Shown here: positions 60,353 through 64,000 of the stretch, in pieces | Layout: every line of letters starts with the position of its first letter | Position numbering within the stretch: the first letter of the stretch is position 1 | DNA from: Isurus oxyrinchus | Taxonomy: Eukaryota | Assembly (NCBI GenBank): GCA_026770705.1 | Contig: JANJGN010000002.1 | Span: 176,638,001 to 176,702,000 of the forward strand | Direction: 5' to 3' | Length of the DNA stretch: 64,000 nt | The notes under the pieces: generated by a model | What the model saw: the letters and a program-made list of their open reading frames with translations, nothing else | What the model was told of the DNA's origin: nothing | The model's database searches: none | Position numbers and translations under genes: made by a program

Positions 60353-62659
60353 TGGAGGACATAATCGTCATTAGAATGAGGCAGCAATTTAGCTACATTT
60401 CTGGTAATCAGTGTGTAGGTTTCAGAACTACTTGAACTACAAGGACAATGAGGACTTTTCAACAAAAGATTGATCCAAGTGAGAAGGCTGAAGAGCATCA
60501 ACCTTTGGACTTGATGGGACTAGAAGAGAAGAACCCAGGATACTCTGAGGAGTTGTTGCTCCTCAAAGCACACAGGGAAAGACCTTCAGAAACAGAATGA
60601 TCTCCAACTCCAGGGAAGACTGTCACAGCCGCATTATTCACTGCTGCATTGAAGACTGAAAGGGCGTTGAAGATCAGAGATTTCAATCAACTTAAACAAT
60701 GAAGGGAAAAAATGACAAAATTCCTGTAAGCCTTTCAGGAAAAGATGAAGAGATGGTTTCCCAATAATATTCTGGGAGGACTATCTAATTTCTGTAGGCA
60801 GTGATAAGGAAGACGTACTTCTCTCTGTGTGAGGTTGTTCCATTCTGGACAATGGGAAGAATTGCTGAGGGTATGGAGACAAGACAGCATCATTTTCTGT
60901 AATGAGGTGAACTTCCTGTAGATGATTAACTCGGGGACAAGATTGCTGTACAGGATTCTGCCACAGCTTCTGTGCTGACAACCAGCTCTAGAGGGATGGA
61001 CATTTTCAGCTGGAACTCAAGTATGAGCGTCAATTGACTTTCACCCCTGGAAGCTACCAGCTCTTTAGCAGTGTGATTCTTCATGGACTCCAAAATCGAC
61101 TCAGGCAAGGCATCCTATCTGGAAGACTCTTCATGGACAAGAGATAAACTAGGAAATACATTGGTAGTTTAGTGGGACAAAGATCTGCATGCTGCTCAGC
61201 CACTAGAAACACAGCTCACTCCTCTAAAAAGACAACAGAGATCTATATGGTTTGTCCATCAACTGGAAAGGCGAATCATCCTCTAGGACTTCAACCTCCA
61301 ACAGATTGCACAGTGCAGCAAGGACTTCTTCGTCATCCCTTTTTTCTAGGAAAAAAGTTCAGGTCCAGCAGGTCTTCAAGGGATGGTGACTATCTGCTGC
61401 AGTGCCTTCCGTATCTACCACCACTGACCTTACTTCATGAAGAACTGAGAGATTCATAACTTCAATCTCCATCCGGGGCCTAGTGGATGGTGTCCCTGTG
61501 AAAGAAAGGACCTTATTGCTAATTAAATAAACTTACTCAGCTGCTGAAGGCTGAAGTTTCACTGGTTCTAAGTAAAAGGTTGAAGATTGTTCCATAAAAG
61601 GCAATGAGTCATTCAAATGCTGGGCATCATCTGGTTTTTCTAGGATTCCTAGAAGTACGCTAACATTGCCACTCAATATGGATGTACGTTTATTGTGGAT
61701 AACAAAGAGGGTCAACCTCTGTTACCTCTCATAACGAAGAGGAGCAATAATCCTACCTTTAATTGGAAGGTCAGTGCAACATGGAACCTGTCATTTTATG
61801 TCTGATGGATGAAGGGTCGTTGACTGCAGTCAATTGAGAACATCTGTTAATATATTAACAGCAGCTCGAGTATCAACTTTAAAGGGAGTATCAAAGCCTT
61901 GATCTAGGATCAAGTAGGACTAAATCTGGACTAAGACCATCAGCTTCCCCTAGGGACTCTGTATTTTGTCTTTACCTTGATTTCCAATTTCTTAGATGGA
62001 GTGTGTTTCTTGTCTTCCACCTCGATTAAAGTTGTTGGATTTGCAGAAATGCTTGAAATGTCCAGTTTTGCTGCATTGGAAGCATCCTACACCCCCTGCT
62101 GGGCAGTCCTGGCATCTATGTTGGTCTCTCGGGTCACGATGCAAGCATCTCAAAATGATTGTCAGTGTGGAGTTTCCTGTGCTTCCATCTGGTTTGGTGG
62201 GCTTTCCTGTGGGTAGGGATGCTGCCCATGGACCTACTCAGTCAACAGAGTCATGTGAAGCCTCGGAGTTGCGCCGAATTGTGGCCCGGTTAAATACTCT
62301 AAGCTTGGCCTGCCTCGCATACTGGACCGATTGATCTAAAGTAAGGTCAGTTTTGGTCTGCAGAAAAGCAGAGAGTTTTTCATCCCAGACACCCACAACT
62401 ATGCGATCATGGATTAGCTCGTCCTTCAGCACCCTGTACCTGCAAAAACTAGCTAGGCAATAAGGATCCATTGGAAATAATTCAATTGATTCTCCAGATC
62501 ATAGTGACCTTTGGTTAAAATGTGCTCATTCCATAACTAAGTTTTGCTTCAAGCTAAAATAGGTGTCAATAGCTTTGAGAATGGTATCAAAGACCCCGGT
62601 GGACTCCTCCAATCCCTGCCTCAGGAAAAAGTTGTCTCTGCTACTGGACCCACAGCATA

Positions 62660-62765
62660 AAGAAAGGAATAAAACAGAAAATGCTGGAAAAACTCAGCAA
62701 GCCTGGCAACACCTGGGGAGAGAAAAACAGAGCTTTGATTCCTTATGATTTTTCTTCAGAAGCTG
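62660..62765 (-). mobile_element. Older PLE terminal fragment inside Gypsy gag
   Basis: 'aaaacagaaaatgctggaaaaactcagcaagcctggcaacacctggggagagaaaaacagag'. Confidence 0.75.
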
Positions 62766-63728
62766 CTTGTTAGACTGAAGATGCTCCTGGAGGAAATGGC
62801 GTTTCCATAACTCCCACTGCTGGCCTCTTTGCGTAGCCTCAAGGCGGTTAAATGGGTAGGGTAGGAGCAGGAACTGCTCACCAGGAACAGCCAACATTAT
62901 CTCTCTCCAGTATGCCTCTTCCTTCCGCCGATTTGTTATGCGTTCTCCTTTACTCTGTGGCGCCTTCGATAACACTGACATATTTTTTACAATGATGTCT
63001 CCACTCTTGCCACCAAGTCTGAGGTGGTCCTTCTTACCTGTGGTCTCCAGGCATGGTACATTACTAGACACACTGCGGTCATCCTCTGGTATCTGCTTAA
63101 CACTTGTTTATTAGTACTACATCTAAGCAGGTCATAGAGTAGGCATGTCACTCCTGGGCATTGTGTTGTAATCTCTTGAGAGAGAGTCTAACACATGACT
63201 GACTGATATCAGTGGTACATCATCAGCTACATCATATATTAGCATATTCCATCTGTTAACCCTTTATACACAAAGTTCCATAATTGTTACATGCAGAGCA
63301 ATAATATTGTAATTAGGCTAATAGTGGTATTTAGTGACTTCAATGCACTGTGAGTAAAATACACCAAAGTTTGGCACATGTGTAATGACAATGATGCTGT
63401 GAGGACATTCTGTGGCACCAATGTAGAATTCTGTTCCCCAGCAATAAACATTATTTTATGTCTGGAACAAAGGGTGAGGTTAAAACACTCCACTGGAGAT
63501 TCTTAACAATCTAGCAATGTGCAAACGACCACCAGGGCAGCCTCTGTGAAGCCCTAGTGCTGTGCGAGCCCTCTTTAAGCAGATGATAAACTGTGTAATC
63601 TTAATACACTTCAGTGTGAGATGATGACTTGACACCTGAGTTAGATTGCTAACTTTCAAGTCAGTGGACGGCCAAATCCAGTTTATTGCACCAGAAGGTG
63701 TCAATTGTAGTCTAAAGTATATGTTTGT

Positions 63729-63816
63729 GTCATGAGGACTCGAAACGTCAACTCTTTTCATCTCCGCCGATGCTGCCAGACCTGCTGAGTTTTTCCAGGT
63801 AATTCTGTTTTTGTTT
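63729..63816 (+). mobile_element. Young PLE terminal fragment
   Basis: GTCATGAGGACTCGAAACGTCAACTC...; TSD TATATGTTTGT at 63718-63728 and 63817-63827. Confidence 0.92.
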
Positions 63817-64000
63817 TATATGTTTGTTCAACCTGCTTACAATAGCAGAGTATTATGTCTATTTTGTCTTCAATCTTGGGGTACAAATGACTTATATACA
63901 TAAGCCCAATTTCCTGTGGCCCCCAATGTGCCAGCACTTGTTCATTTTTTTCAACCCAGATCCATTTGGATTGGAGCACTTAAATATTTACAGCTTGCTT

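Larger units (their letters stand above)
58421..63272 (-). mobile_element. Decayed Ty3/Gypsy element with both LTRs, gag and protease; RT/integrase core not recognisable
   Basis: LTRs at about 63016-63272 and 58421-58658 (both start TGT..TATAAAGGGTTAACA). PBS-like TGGTGGCAAGAGTGG at 63001-63015 (tRNA-Leu-like). PPT GGGGAGG at 58659-58665. Gag DELIHDRIVVGV.DEKLS..LQ....LTL. Knuckle CFQCSKTGHFKHFC at 62043-62084. Protease FKVDTRAAVNIL at about 61848-61885. Confidence 0.88.

Noticed and set aside
46790-63272. The pol-only (46.8-49.6 kb) and gag-PR (58.4-63.3 kb) Gypsy pieces as halves of one element
   Set aside because: They are complementary and co-oriented, but the gag-PR element has its own PPT and matching 3' LTR, and the sequence after the pol PPT does not resemble those LTRs.
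1-64000. CRISPR array or prokaryotic operon (dispersed near-identical ~100-bp repeats)
   Set aside because: The repeats are irregularly dispersed PLE termini with individual TSDs in eukaryotic DNA; there is no repeat-spacer periodicity and no cas gene.

Overview
This is AT-rich, repeat-dominated vertebrate DNA. The repeat set (CR1/HER1-type LINEs, Deu-domain and other tRNA-derived SINEs, Penelope-like elements, Harbinger elements) points to a cartilaginous fish, probably a shark. I find no intact multi-exon host gene, so the window is intronic or intergenic. Main contents: (1) a young 5'-truncated Penelope-like element (RT + GIY-YIG) at 1.3-3.4 kb, plus about ten terminal fragments that carry a minimal hammerhead-ribozyme motif, which in the youngest copies has an unusual CUGUYGA core; (2) three decayed Ty3/Gypsy LTR elements, one with four nested insertions; (3) PIF/Harbinger elements, including a spliced Myb/SANT gene remnant, transposase remnants and MITEs; (4) many CR1 and SINE fragments; (5) an isolated, decayed copy of mago nashi (MAGOH) coding exon 1 with genomic flanks at 34.4 kb, too short for the ORF track. 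Most short ORFs in the track are spurious or repeat-derived. All homology calls come from motif recognition by eye, not database searches. I cannot establish a genuinely new biological system. The best leads are the variant hammerhead and the orphan MAGOH exon.
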